NCBI GenBank assembly: GCA_963662265.2
Contig: CAXXHA010000035.1
Span: forward strand, 1-64,000
Direction of reading: 5' to 3'
From: Spirochaetia bacterium
GTDB taxonomy: Bacteria; Spirochaetota; Spirochaetia; CADAEX01
Length of the DNA stretch: 64,000 nt
The position numbers and the translations under genes were made by a program. Shown here piece after piece: positions 28,935 to 38,483 of the stretch. Every line of letters begins with the position of its first letter. Position 1 is the stretch's first letter. The notes beneath the pieces were generated by a model. The model saw only the letters and a program-made list of their open reading frames with translations. It was not told the DNA's origin and ran no database searches.

Positions 28935-31900
28935 CTACGGAAGCTGGAAGCTGAAATTCATATGCATGTTGTCCTTGTCTACTGTAGGTGTCTGAACCGG
29001 TATTTTACTGTTTACATCCTTTTTTACCGCATCAATAAGATTTCTGAGATCAATTGAATTTGAGTTTTCAGAAGCTGAAGACTTTTCATTGCTGCTGTCT
29101 GAAGATTTTCCCTCTGATGATTTCAGTGTTTTAAATGCAGATAAGAATGATGATGTAAAGTATCCGTTCTCAAGTTCATCATCTTCATATGAAAATTCGT
29201 TTCCCCTGCATGATGAGAAAACTACAGTTCCGCTTCTTCTGCTCAGGTCGTTGAGAATATAACGTCCTTCATCTATTGTCCATGTTATCTGTTTTTTTCT
29301 TACAACAAGTCCCCTGCTTTTTGCCTTTCCTTCAGGGATGATGCTTCTTGCATGGATTCCTCTTGAATTGCTGTTTAAAGCGGCAAGGCCTGAAAAACCA
29401 GAATCCATCCACGGCGCAAAGTCACCTGACTGGCATGTATCGAGGAGAAGGAGTTTTTTTCTCGGGCTGCTGATGCTGTTTCCGGTTAAAAGTTCTTCAA
29501 TCCAGGAAAAATCTGCAGCAGTATTTTCGAGGTTGCTGAGATCTGTATCTGAAGTCAGAAAATAATAAGTTGAGTTTACATCATCAGCGTGAAGTCCGTG
29601 GCCGGCTGCAGCTACAACCAGGGTATCATTTACACCTGCATCCTTGATAAAATCCTTTGCTCTTCTGATTGATTCAGCTGTCACATTACTGTTGACAAGT
29701 GTAAGCGTTTTAACATTCCTGTATGACGGCTTAAGCGAAAGAAAAAGCTTTTCAAGGTCAAGGATGTCATCATCTGCGTATTTCAGGTTGCCGATATCAG
29801 GGCTTCTGTATTCTGATACTCCGAAGCCGATAAAATAGAAGGTTCCCATTTCTTCTGAAACAAGGTTTATATTATGAGGTACTCTGTAGCTTTCTGTCAT
29901 TCTGCTATTGAAGCATGATACTTCAATACGGTTTTCTCCCCGCGTCAAAGGGACAGTTTCAGAAAGAGATAATTGTTTATACCCTTCAGAAATTGACTTC
30001 CCCTGCAGCCCGAACACTGGGACTCCGTTTACAAATATATTATAGCTTTTAAGGTCGTATTTACTGTCTGAGAAATCAATTTTAAGATTTACATATTTCC
30101 CGTTCCGATTCTTGTTTCCTGATTTATCTGTTCTTGTTATTGAAGATATATTCCCTTCCGGAGTATGAAGCCCTGTGTTGTAATAGTCTTCAAGGTATTC
30201 AAGATATGACGGGATAGTAAGCAGCCTGTATCTGTCTTTAAGTGGTATGTCATTCTGGCTTCTGTAATCAGCAAGAAGATTTCCCTCTCTATAGTATTTA
30301 TCAAGAAGTGCTTTTTCTCCGGTGTCTGCAGTTTTTAAAACAGCATCCCACCTGTCCTGAGGTATGTTTTCAGGAAGAAGTCTGTAGTTTATAAGCCGTT
30401 TCAGGTAGTGGCGGAAATACTCCTCTTTAAGAGCAGTATTGCTGCTGCCTCTTCTTTCCATGATAATATCAGGCCTGTTTTTAAAGACTGCAAACTGGTC
30501 AATCGCATAGTTTCCAAGTCCATGAGTAAGTGTAACTGCCCTATTTACAATCTGTCCCTCTCCTGCAAAATAGCCGTCAGGTGTCCATGTTAAAGCCTCT
30601 CTCCCCGGGCCGCTGAATGATGAGGTTATCAGCTTTCCTGTTTCTGTTTCATAAAGTCTGAATATCCCGTCTTTAACTGCAACATGAAGTCTTATCCCGT
30701 CTTCTGAAAAGAAGGCATTTTCAGCTTTGTAGGTAAGAGCTTTTTGATAGAGTTGTTTTCCTGTGTATGTGTCCCATACAGCAAAGCTTTTATCCTTTCC
30801 CAGTGTTACTAATCTGCTTCCGTCTGGTGAGATTTCAAGAGATTCAATTCTCATGCTGTGCCCTTCAAATGTCTTGATTGCTCTGATATCCTGCCGGGAA
30901 GCAAGTGAGTTTTTATTGTTTTTATATGAATATCTGTATGCTGTGGCACCTGCATTGAGATATATGCTTTCGTTGTCAGGGCTGAATCTTACAGTATAGG
31001 GTTCGTCATAAAGCTTTCCTTCATGAATAATTTCCCCGCTTTCTAGATCCCAGACTTTTATTTCTTTATACAATGATACTGCGGTAAGCATTTTTCCATC
31101 AGATGAAAAATCCATATCTATAATTTTCTTCATTCCTGAATTTATTTCTTTGCAGACTGTCCCTTTATCAAGGTCCCAGAATCTTATTATCCCGTCACGG
31201 TATCCGCATAGAACCTGACTGCCGTCAGAAGTGAATTTCAAGTCAGTAAGAAACTCCCCCCTGTATGGAAGATGTTTCAGAACTCTTCCTGTTTCTGAAT
31301 TCCAGTAGACAATCCCTTTTTTACTGGAAACAGCCCTTCCAGTCTGCTTATGATATGCTTCTTTAGAAAGCCATTTTGCCTCAGCCGGTGCAGGCCTGAT
31401 TTCTGTTTCCTTAAGCCCCTCTTCCATGTTCCACAGGGCCCAGCCGCTATCGTGATCGCTTATGAAATAATCCGATCCTTCTGAGTAAGTTCCTCCCCAT
31501 GCTGCTGAATTCTCTGCTGAGAAAGTGTATTTTTTATCAACATTTCCATGTTTACCGGAATTATACAGATAGAGCTGATCTCTCATAACAAGAATTTCCG
31601 ATGTCTCCGGAAGGGGGCAGATAACAGGGAACTGTACTTTGTATTTGCTCTTTGCTCTTCCTTCAAAGCTACTGCAGAATCTGCCGTTTTTATTTTTATA
31701 AAGTACAAAGAATCCGTGCTGTGTAGTTAGATAAAGCTGTGTGCTGTCTCTGTTGAATTCCATATCTGTAATATTATTGAACTGCGGAAATTCATAGTCT
31801 TCTGCATATGTCGTTCTTTTTAAATCTCTATCCCAGATGAATAATCTGGTTTTGCTGTCAGTTGCTGCAATATATCTGTTATCATCAGAAGCCCTTATTT

Positions 31901-32699
31901 TTGTGAGAATGCCTGAATCTGATTTATATCTTTTTATTATTTCCCTTTTTTCCAGACTCCATACCGCGATTTCTTTTACTGTTTTTGCAGAACCCGGATT
32001 TTCCTCATAATTTGAATATGCGTATTTACCGTCTTTTGAAAAGAAGAAATTAACACAATAATGTGCAGTCCCGTCAAGGAATACCTCTTTTTTGCCTGTT
32101 GAAAGGTCAAATGCATATACACCTGTAAAGCCATTGTCTTTATAAACAGAAATAAAGATCTCTGATTCATTTCTTCCCTGTTCTATTGTATTAATCTGAT
32201 CTGCCGCATTGTTGAATGTTTTCTGTAGATTCCCTGTTTCAAAATTCCATATTCTGATGCTTTTATCTTTTGAAGCAGAATACAGGTGTTTTTCATCAGG
32301 ACTCAGGACAATATCCCTGACATCCTTATTATTGCCTGTAAGTGTTCTTATATGTCTTCTGTTTCTTATGTCCCATATTTTTATTGTTGAATCTTTCGAA
32401 GATGAAACAGCATAGCGGGAATTTCCTGTTACAAGCAGTTCTGTGAGAGTTCCGAAATGGCTGAGATTTATGGATATGTTTGAATATGCATCATTATCCG
32501 GCAGATCCAGCAGTTTTTTCGGCGGTGCTTTTTTCTGATCAGGCGAAGCTGTTTTTATTTCCGGATCAGGTGTCTGATTTTCCGTTACTGATGGAGATGT
32601 TGTACCGCAGCTGAAAAGTAAAAACAGCAGAAGCAGCGATGTTGATGTAATTATTATTCTGCTGACTTTGTATCCCGAATTTGTAAAACTTTTTATCAA
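28935..32699 (-). CDS. WD40-repeat lipoprotein with C-terminal caspase-like (peptidase C14) domain
   Basis: Lipobox LFSC; many WD repeats (SKDSTIKIWD, DKSIRIWN, DGIIRFWD); Ig-like segment; C14 dyad AGHG / LDTCQSG, ENGYFT, QTP. Confidence 0.88.
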   Translation of the reverse strand: MIKSFTNSGYKVSRIIITSTSLLLLFLLFSCGTTSPSVTENQTPDPEIKTASPDQKKAPPKKLLDLPDNDAYSNISINLSHFGTLTELLVTGNSRYAVSSSKDSTIKIWDIRNRRHIRTLTGNNKDVRDIVLSPDEKHLYSASKDKSIRIWNFETGNLQKTFNNAADQINTIEQGRNESEIFISVYKDNGFTGVYAFDLSTGKKEVFLDGTAHYCVNFFFSKDGKYAYSNYEENPGSAKTVKEIAVWSLEKREIIKRYKSDSGILTKIRASDDNRYIAATDSKTRLFIWDRDLKRTTYAEDYEFPQFNNITDMEFNRDSTQLYLTTQHGFFVLYKNKNGRFCSSFEGRAKSKYKVQFPVICPLPETSEILVMRDQLYLYNSGKHGNVDKKYTFSAENSAAWGGTYSEGSDYFISDHDSGWALWNMEEGLKETEIRPAPAEAKWLSKEAYHKQTGRAVSSKKGIVYWNSETGRVLKHLPYRGEFLTDLKFTSDGSQVLCGYRDGIIRFWDLDKGTVCKEINSGMKKIIDMDFSSDGKMLTAVSLYKEIKVWDLESGEIIHEGKLYDEPYTVRFSPDNESIYLNAGATAYRYSYKNNKNSLASRQDIRAIKTFEGHSMRIESLEISPDGSRLVTLGKDKSFAVWDTYTGKQLYQKALTYKAENAFFSEDGIRLHVAVKDGIFRLYETETGKLITSSFSGPGREALTWTPDGYFAGEGQIVNRAVTLTHGLGNYAIDQFAVFKNRPDIIMERRGSSNTALKEEYFRHYLKRLINYRLLPENIPQDRWDAVLKTADTGEKALLDKYYREGNLLADYRSQNDIPLKDRYRLLTIPSYLEYLEDYYNTGLHTPEGNISSITRTDKSGNKNRNGKYVNLKIDFSDSKYDLKSYNIFVNGVPVFGLQGKSISEGYKQLSLSETVPLTRGENRIEVSCFNSRMTESYRVPHNINLVSEEMGTFYFIGFGVSEYRSPDIGNLKYADDDILDLEKLFLSLKPSYRNVKTLTLVNSNVTAESIRRAKDFIKDAGVNDTLVVAAAGHGLHADDVNSTYYFLTSDTDLSNLENTAADFSWIEELLTGNSISSPRKKLLLLDTCQSGDFAPWMDSGFSGLAALNSNSRGIHARSIIPEGKAKSRGLVVRKKQITWTIDEGRYILNDLSRRSGTVVFSSCRGNEFSYEDDELENGYFTSSFLSAFKTLKSSEGKSSDSSNEKSSASENSNSIDLRNLIDAVKKDVNSKIPVQTPTVDKDNMHMNFSFQLP

Positions 32700-32933
32700 T
32701 TTTGTCCCCTTTTTATATTATTTTAATAAGCTTTAAATGTAATTTTCCTGTAGAACTCTTTCCGTTTTTAATAATATCTTCAAAATAATTTTCTTCAGTA
32801 TAAGAGGGCGGGGGTGATTTGTAAATAATTCATCCGGCAGGACACTATGATCTGCTTTTTATGGAATAGCCAATTTATGATCTGCTTCTGATATCTGAAT
32901 TCAGGGTAAATAGTTTTTGACAGTGTTCAGTTA

Positions 32934-32964
32934 TAAAAAGGACAGCGCTGTTTCGCGCTGTCCT
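32934..32964 (-). terminator. intrinsic terminator after DUF1015
   Basis: AGGACAGCGC-TGTTTC-GCGCTGTCCT with a T-run on the minus strand. Confidence 0.7.
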
Positions 32965-33009
32965 CTATTGTTGTTATGTCTTAAATCACAGGTTTACTGT
33001 TAGCAGGCA

Positions 33010-34275
33010 TTACCTGAGCTTCCTTGCTTCAAGGTAATACCTTTTTTCAATTGATTCGCCGATTGAAAAAGTCTTCCTGGGGTAGACTCCTTTCTCCGCA
33101 ATCCTGCTGAAGAAGGTCTCTTTCGATATTTCCGGAAGCAGGAATCCTATGTTGTTTTCTTTTTCCGCAAGATCAGTAAGGTCTTTTTCCCCGTGGATAT
33201 AGTCTATTTCTCCCATTTCACCATTATATGAATCAAGAAAACTCTGAATTTTTTCTGTTGCAAGAAGATTTGCTTCGCGTTTGAGAGTTATTCTGCCGCA
33301 TTTTTTTCCTGTCACGAAAATCATTGTTTCTGCAGAACCGGGAGTTTTAACTTCATCTTTCTGTATTTCCTCAGTAGTGCAGCCCAGGCTTTCTTTCAGC
33401 TTTGCAAGCATTGCTTCGGGATCTGTATCGAAAACAACCCTATGAATCGGCTCAAATCCGATACCATCGCTTTTTATATTGACCAGTTCAACAAGCGCGT
33501 ATCTTGCAGGGTGGTCCGGCTGTATTCCCGGTTTCTTCTTTATGAGGTTCCAGACCTCTTTTGCCGCAGCCAGGGAGTGGTTACCGTCTCCGACAGCAAA
33601 AAGTGTGCTGTTTTTCTGTGCCAGGTTTGAAAAAGCAGTTTCAAGGTATTTTAAGGTTTCATCCTCTTTTATATGCCACCCTCTTATTTTCCCTCCATCC
33701 TTCATGAGACTGAGGTCGTAAATTTCTTCATGCCTGTCTTTTTCCGCATACAGTTTTTCTATTACAGTCATATCACTGTCATTGATAAGAAAAAGTATAT
33801 GGGGAAGATCAAGCGATGCGTTCTCTCTTATTTTTATTCTGGGGGGAAGCCTGTCAACAACTGTTTTTTCAGTCGGTCTTATAGGGGAATCTGCAATTTC
33901 CGAATAGTCATATTTTTCAAGATCCACAGCAATGATCAGTCCTTTCCGTGAAGGGGTGTAGGGGGTTTTCCTCTCTACAAGGACAAATCCTTCATCAAGT
34001 TTTTTCAAAACACCTTCTTTCAGGTATTTTTCCATATTGCTGTTGATTGTCTTAAGTTCTTCATCAATATCCACTTGTTTCAGATAACACTCAGGAAGTA
34101 TGAGGTTTACAGTTGAATAGCTGTCCTGTGTTAGTTTTTTTACATCATCCCAGTATTCTGTCGAGGCTGTAAACTGGTCACATGCAATGACCGGCCATTT
34201 TGAAATATCTGTTTTTCTGCTGTCCGGTACAAGTATCTCCGGTACTTTTATTCCAAGTTGTTCAAAACTGCTCAT
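33010..34275 (-). CDS. DUF1015 family protein
   Basis: WPVIACDQFT, IRPTEKTVVDRLPPRIKIR, AVGDGNHSLA, IDYIHG, PRKTFSIG..KRYYLEAR. Confidence 0.88.
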   Translation of the reverse strand: MSSFEQLGIKVPEILVPDSRKTDISKWPVIACDQFTASTEYWDDVKKLTQDSYSTVNLILPECYLKQVDIDEELKTINSNMEKYLKEGVLKKLDEGFVLVERKTPYTPSRKGLIIAVDLEKYDYSEIADSPIRPTEKTVVDRLPPRIKIRENASLDLPHILFLINDSDMTVIEKLYAEKDRHEEIYDLSLMKDGGKIRGWHIKEDETLKYLETAFSNLAQKNSTLFAVGDGNHSLAAAKEVWNLIKKKPGIQPDHPARYALVELVNIKSDGIGFEPIHRVVFDTDPEAMLAKLKESLGCTTEEIQKDEVKTPGSAETMIFVTGKKCGRITLKREANLLATEKIQSFLDSYNGEMGEIDYIHGEKDLTDLAEKENNIGFLLPEISKETFFSRIAEKGVYPRKTFSIGESIEKRYYLEARKLR

Positions 34276-34297
34276 TTCTCTTTCTCCTGTATTTTAT

Positions 34298-34768
34298 TTA
34301 TTCCTCAGTATCTTCAATATCAAACTGATGAGGTATTTTGAAATTAAAATTCTTATATGCAATGAAAGTTTCTGTTAATGTAATTCCTTCAATCTTTGAA
34401 AGTTCTTCACTCAGGAATTCAAGAAGACCGAAGTCGGGGAACAGGTGCACTATAACCATGAGGTCATAGCGGCCAGTAACTACACTTGTGGATATTACTC
34501 CCTTCAGGTTGTTTATATTTTTAGCTGTCTGAACCAGTTTCAGGTTATCAATCTGAATCCCGATAAATACAATTGTATGGTTTTTCATTATTTCCGGGTT
34601 TACAAGTGTTGTAATATCAATGATGCCTGCTTCTTTCAGCTTCTGTATTCTGCTTTTTACAGTATTTTCAGCAAGAGACATTTCTCCAGCTATTTTCTTG
34701 TATGATATCCTGCCGTCTTTAAGATAGTTTATAATCTGTTTGTTTATTGAATCAAGTTTTATTCCCAT
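34298..34768 (-). CDS. Lrp/AsnC-family regulator
   Basis: LDSINKQII..DGRISYKKIA..AENTVKSRIQKL..GII; VTGRYDL. Confidence 0.92.
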   Translation of the reverse strand: MGIKLDSINKQIINYLKDGRISYKKIAGEMSLAENTVKSRIQKLKEAGIIDITTLVNPEIMKNHTIVFIGIQIDNLKLVQTAKNINNLKGVISTSVVTGRYDLMVIVHLFPDFGLLEFLSEELSKIEGITLTETFIAYKNFNFKIPHQFDIEDTEE

Positions 34769-34916
34769 TTTCCTCTTACCCTCTGCTGTATAATACCGAT
34801 ATCCGGTACTTTAATTTTAATAGGAAATTATAAAAATAACATTAAAATATTTATACCGGAGTAAAGCCTCTGAATATGTTTATAAATATAGTGGTAAATA
34901 ACTCCGGCTTGTTACA

Positions 34917-35813
34917 TCATGCCCCTTTTATCAGTGTATGATGTATGTAGTGATCAAGAATATCAATAATTTCTTTACCGATTCTGTCAAGGTTTTCTTT
35001 TGAATTGGCCCCTATGTGGGGAGTCATTATAACCCGGTCTGATTTCAGTAGCGGGTAGTCGGATTTCGGAGGATCAGAAGGCCATACATCGCTGCAGTAG
35101 TATTTGATTTTTCCGTTTTTAAGAAATTCAAGCACATCATCCGGGTTTATACAGGCAGCTCTTGCTGTATTTATAATCACAACATTGTCCTTCATTTTAC
35201 CGATAATATCCCTGTTTATTATTCCTTCTGTTTCCGGTGTCTGGGGGACATGTATTGAGATGTAGTCGGCATCTTTCACAGCTTCTTCGAGGTTCTGCTT
35301 TACATCTGCATAATCTGATGATATCCCTGATTTTCTGTATGTAGTTATATTCATTCCGAAAGCACTGGCTCTTTTTGCCAGTTCTGTTGCAATATTCCCC
35401 ATTCCGATCAGGCAGAGGTTTTTGTTGAACAGCTCGTTCCGTTTAAGCTCCTTCTTGATCCATTCATTTCTTTTCATGCTGCTGTCTCCCTCCAGTATTC
35501 TTGAAGAGACTGCTGACATAAATGAAAAAGCAAGTTCTGCAACCGCGATTCCCGAAGCTTTAGGAGTATTCCGTACTACTATGCTCTTGAGCGATGCGTA
35601 GTCTGTATCAATGTTATCAATTCCCACACCGCCTCTGATAATCAGTTTCAGATCAGGAGCGCTGTCAATAAATTCTCTGGTACATTTTGTCTTGCTTCTT
35701 ACAAGAACAACATCGGCCTTTTTCCAGGAAGAGGGATCTGTATCAACTTTTCCGAATTTTGCCAGTTTTTCTGGCAGATCTTTTGAGAATTGATCGCAAA
35801 CAGTTATATACAT
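34917..35813 (-). CDS. serA: D-3-phosphoglycerate dehydrogenase-like D-2-hydroxyacid dehydrogenase (no ACT domain)
   Basis: RGGVGIDNID, NTP..AVAE, GMGNIA, INTAR, TPHIGA; DUF1015 context. Confidence 0.75.
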   Translation of the reverse strand: MYITVCDQFSKDLPEKLAKFGKVDTDPSSWKKADVVLVRSKTKCTREFIDSAPDLKLIIRGGVGIDNIDTDYASLKSIVVRNTPKASGIAVAELAFSFMSAVSSRILEGDSSMKRNEWIKKELKRNELFNKNLCLIGMGNIATELAKRASAFGMNITTYRKSGISSDYADVKQNLEEAVKDADYISIHVPQTPETEGIINRDIIGKMKDNVVIINTARAACINPDDVLEFLKNGKIKYYCSDVWPSDPPKSDYPLLKSDRVIMTPHIGANSKENLDRIGKEIIDILDHYIHHTLIKGA

Positions 35814-35907
35814 GGGTTTCCTCCGTTTATACCGAAATACAAATGTTTCCGAAAATCTGGTATTACTCTTGTATGATGAAAAATAAGAAAATCGGCATTA
35901 TATTATA

Positions 35908-35936
35908 ATTATCGGTCCTGACAACAGAGCTGTCAA
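35908..35936 (-). promoter_or_regulatory. sigma70-like promoter for the serA operon
   Basis: TTGACA-17 nt-GATAAT on the minus strand. Confidence 0.55.
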
Positions 35937-36494
35937 TAGTTAAATGATGTTGAGTGTTAAAAAACATATGTTAAAATGCATAAAATGCAATAAAATAAAG
36001 AATAATGGATGTTAAATGCAAAAATGATGATATGTCATGAGCTTCCGGCAATGCAATGGCAGGTTTCTGTTTTTATTTGATTTGTCCTACATTAATGTAG
36101 TAAATGCATTTTTATGGTACAATAATGTAGGATTTGCTTTGTCTGAAAAACATATAAACAGCTTATATCCATGTCTACTACACTGTTAGGCATGAATACA
36201 GCCGCCTTTTTCCCTTTATGTGCTGGAATGTTGAACATGGCATGTTTTTTGCATATATTAAGTTAACTGTTAAACTACACATTGAATGCGTCAGCAGCAG
36301 ATGTGCAGAAAGATGGCAGGATTTTGTCTTTAAAACAGGTTCCTGCCGGGGCACTTTATACTTTCTTAATAGAACAGCTGTAGGAAGTATATGATATGGT
36401 GCCTTCAATAAATACCCGGATATTGGTATGAGTTCTGGACCAACTTGTATTTTATATCTGTTGATTTGTTCTTAACAGTCTCCTTAAGTTACCT

Positions 36495-36529
36495 GGCTCT
36501 TTGCTTGTCAAGCAGGGAGCCTTCTTTTT
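36495..36529 (+). terminator. orphan intrinsic terminator upstream of gatC
   Basis: GGCTCTTTGCTT-GTC-AAGCAGGGAGCC followed by TTCTTTTT. Confidence 0.6.
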
Positions 36530-36625
36530 AAAAAAAGTTTCTACAGACTGATACTGCAAGGTAGAAGATTTTTTTTAAAACAGTATAATGATATTTATCA
36601 GATCCCATATATACAGAGATATAAA

Positions 36626-36907
36626 ATGCAAAAAGAAGAATTACTTATTACTGCTAGTCTTGCAAGGCTGGAGCTTAATGATAATGAAATAGACAAGCTT
36701 GATGAAGCTGTTTCATCAATGATTGAATATTTCACATTGATGGATGAAATAGATGTTGATGATCTTGAGCCTACAACACATGCCTTTATCAGGGAAAACA
36801 GAACAAGGAAAGATATTCATGCAGAAAGCAGCGGAATGGCTGATAAGCTGATTGATAACTCACCTGAAAGAGAAGACAGGTTTATTGTTGTTCCGAATGT
36901 AATTTAG
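36626..36907 (+). CDS. gatC: Asp/Glu-tRNA amidotransferase subunit C
   Basis: ASLARLEL, EPTTH, FIVVPNVI; first gene of gatCAB. Confidence 0.93.
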   Translation: MQKEELLITASLARLELNDNEIDKLDEAVSSMIEYFTLMDEIDVDDLEPTTHAFIRENRTRKDIHAESSGMADKLIDNSPEREDRFIVVPNVI

Positions 36908-36937
36908 CTATATCCCCAATTCATACAGGAGAAAAAA

Positions 36938-38332
36938 TTGAGCTGGAATAATATCTTAAGCACTGAAAATGCTGACAGCTATAAAAAATATATTGATGAA
37001 TGGGAAAGCCGAATCCATTCATTTCTCGAATATAAAATCGAAGAGACAGATCTTTCCGAAGCCGGAGAGAATTCCGGTTATCTTTCAGGTATGCCTTTTG
37101 CTGTAAAGGATAATATTGCTGTTAAAGATTATAACCTGACCTGCGGTTCAAGAATACTTGAAAATCTTGTTTCTCCGTATGATGCCACTGTAATTGAAAA
37201 ATTGAGACAGAAGGGCTGTATCCCTGTAGCAAAAACAAACATGGATGAATTCGGCATGGGCTCTTCTACAGATAATTCAGCTTTTTCTGTTACAAATAAC
37301 CCCTGGGATCTTGAAAGGGTAACAGGCGGTTCAAGCGGAGGCAGCGCTGCAGCTGTTGCAGCAGGGCTTGTTCCTTTTGCTCTCGGTTCCGACACCGGGG
37401 GATCAGTCAGGCAGCCTGCTTCTTTCTGCGGCGTTTACGGGCTGAAACCCACATACGGGGCTATTTCCAGATACGGACTTGTCTCATATGCCTCATCACT
37501 CGATGTAATCGGGATTATGTCCAGAAGCCTTGAAGTAATTGAAGAGGTTTTCAAGGCAGCAAGAGGAATTGATACGAGAGACCAGACATCAATCGAATAT
37601 CTGGCTTCAGATGAACTTAAGCTTCCTGAAAAACCTGTTTTCAGCATAATTAAAAACCTTGAAGGACTTTCTGAAGAGGTTGAAGAAGCTTATAGGAAGG
37701 CAGTAGCCGTTCTTAAAGAGAAGGGTTATGAAGTAAGGGAAATAGAGCTCCCTGTTCTTGATTATGTTGTTCCTGCCTACTATACAATAGCAACAGCAGA
37801 GGCAAGCGCAAACCTGGCAAGATATAACGGTGTCAGGTACGGTTACAGGAGCGCAAAAGGGGAAACTCCGTCAGAGCTTATGAAGCTTACAAGGGATGAG
37901 GGGTTCGGCGATGAAGTTAAGCTCAGGATCCTTCTCGGAACATATGTCCTCAGATCCGGTTTCCAGGACAGGTACTATGTCAAGGCACAGAAAATAAGAA
38001 CCAGAATAATGAATAAGCTTGATGAGGTTTTCAAGACTTCAGATCTTATAATGCTTCCCTCATTTCCTGTTCCTGCATTCAGGCACGGTGATGAAAGCAT
38101 GACCCAGTACCAGCAGAAAGTTGCTGATAAATTTACTGTTACTGCAAACCTTGCAGGTATTCCGGCTCTTAGTTTTCCGGCAGGCAATTATAATTCACTC
38201 CCTGTGGGGCTCCAGTTTTTAGCTCCCCGTTACGGAGAGAAGATGCTGCTTGATGCTGCAGGAATTTTTGAGAAAGATTTTCCGGTACTTGATCCTCCCG
38301 GATACAGGCCGGCTGATGAAATCACAGGATAG
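36938..38332 (+). CDS. gatA: Asp/Glu-tRNA amidotransferase subunit A
   Basis: AVKDNI, KTNMDEFGMGSS, GGSSGGS, GSDTGGSVRQPA, EASANLARY.G.RYG. Confidence 0.96.
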   Translation: MSWNNILSTENADSYKKYIDEWESRIHSFLEYKIEETDLSEAGENSGYLSGMPFAVKDNIAVKDYNLTCGSRILENLVSPYDATVIEKLRQKGCIPVAKTNMDEFGMGSSTDNSAFSVTNNPWDLERVTGGSSGGSAAAVAAGLVPFALGSDTGGSVRQPASFCGVYGLKPTYGAISRYGLVSYASSLDVIGIMSRSLEVIEEVFKAARGIDTRDQTSIEYLASDELKLPEKPVFSIIKNLEGLSEEVEEAYRKAVAVLKEKGYEVREIELPVLDYVVPAYYTIATAEASANLARYNGVRYGYRSAKGETPSELMKLTRDEGFGDEVKLRILLGTYVLRSGFQDRYYVKAQKIRTRIMNKLDEVFKTSDLIMLPSFPVPAFRHGDESMTQYQQKVADKFTVTANLAGIPALSFPAGNYNSLPVGLQFLAPRYGEKMLLDAAGIFEKDFPVLDPPGYRPADEITG

Positions 38333-38483
38333 CTTCAGAGATTGAAGTTTTACCTGAATGCAGTTCAGGATTATTGGAAGAACCTGGTTAAGCAGGTTTT
38401 TTAATTTTTTAAATACATGTCACCTGCGGGGCAGGGATGTAACAGTTTAATACTGATATAGTTTTGACATCAGAAACATTTTT

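Noticed and set aside
36178-36529. T-box riboswitch ahead of gatCAB-aspS, and the 76-aa ORF at 36178-36408
   Set aside because: No UGGNACC T-box or recognisable stem I motifs; the ORF lacks an RBS and protein-like features
38381-38402. AACCTG-GTTAAG-CAGGTT-TTTT hairpin between gatA and gatB as an attenuator
   Set aside because: A 6-bp stem with no alternative structure or uORF; too weak to call
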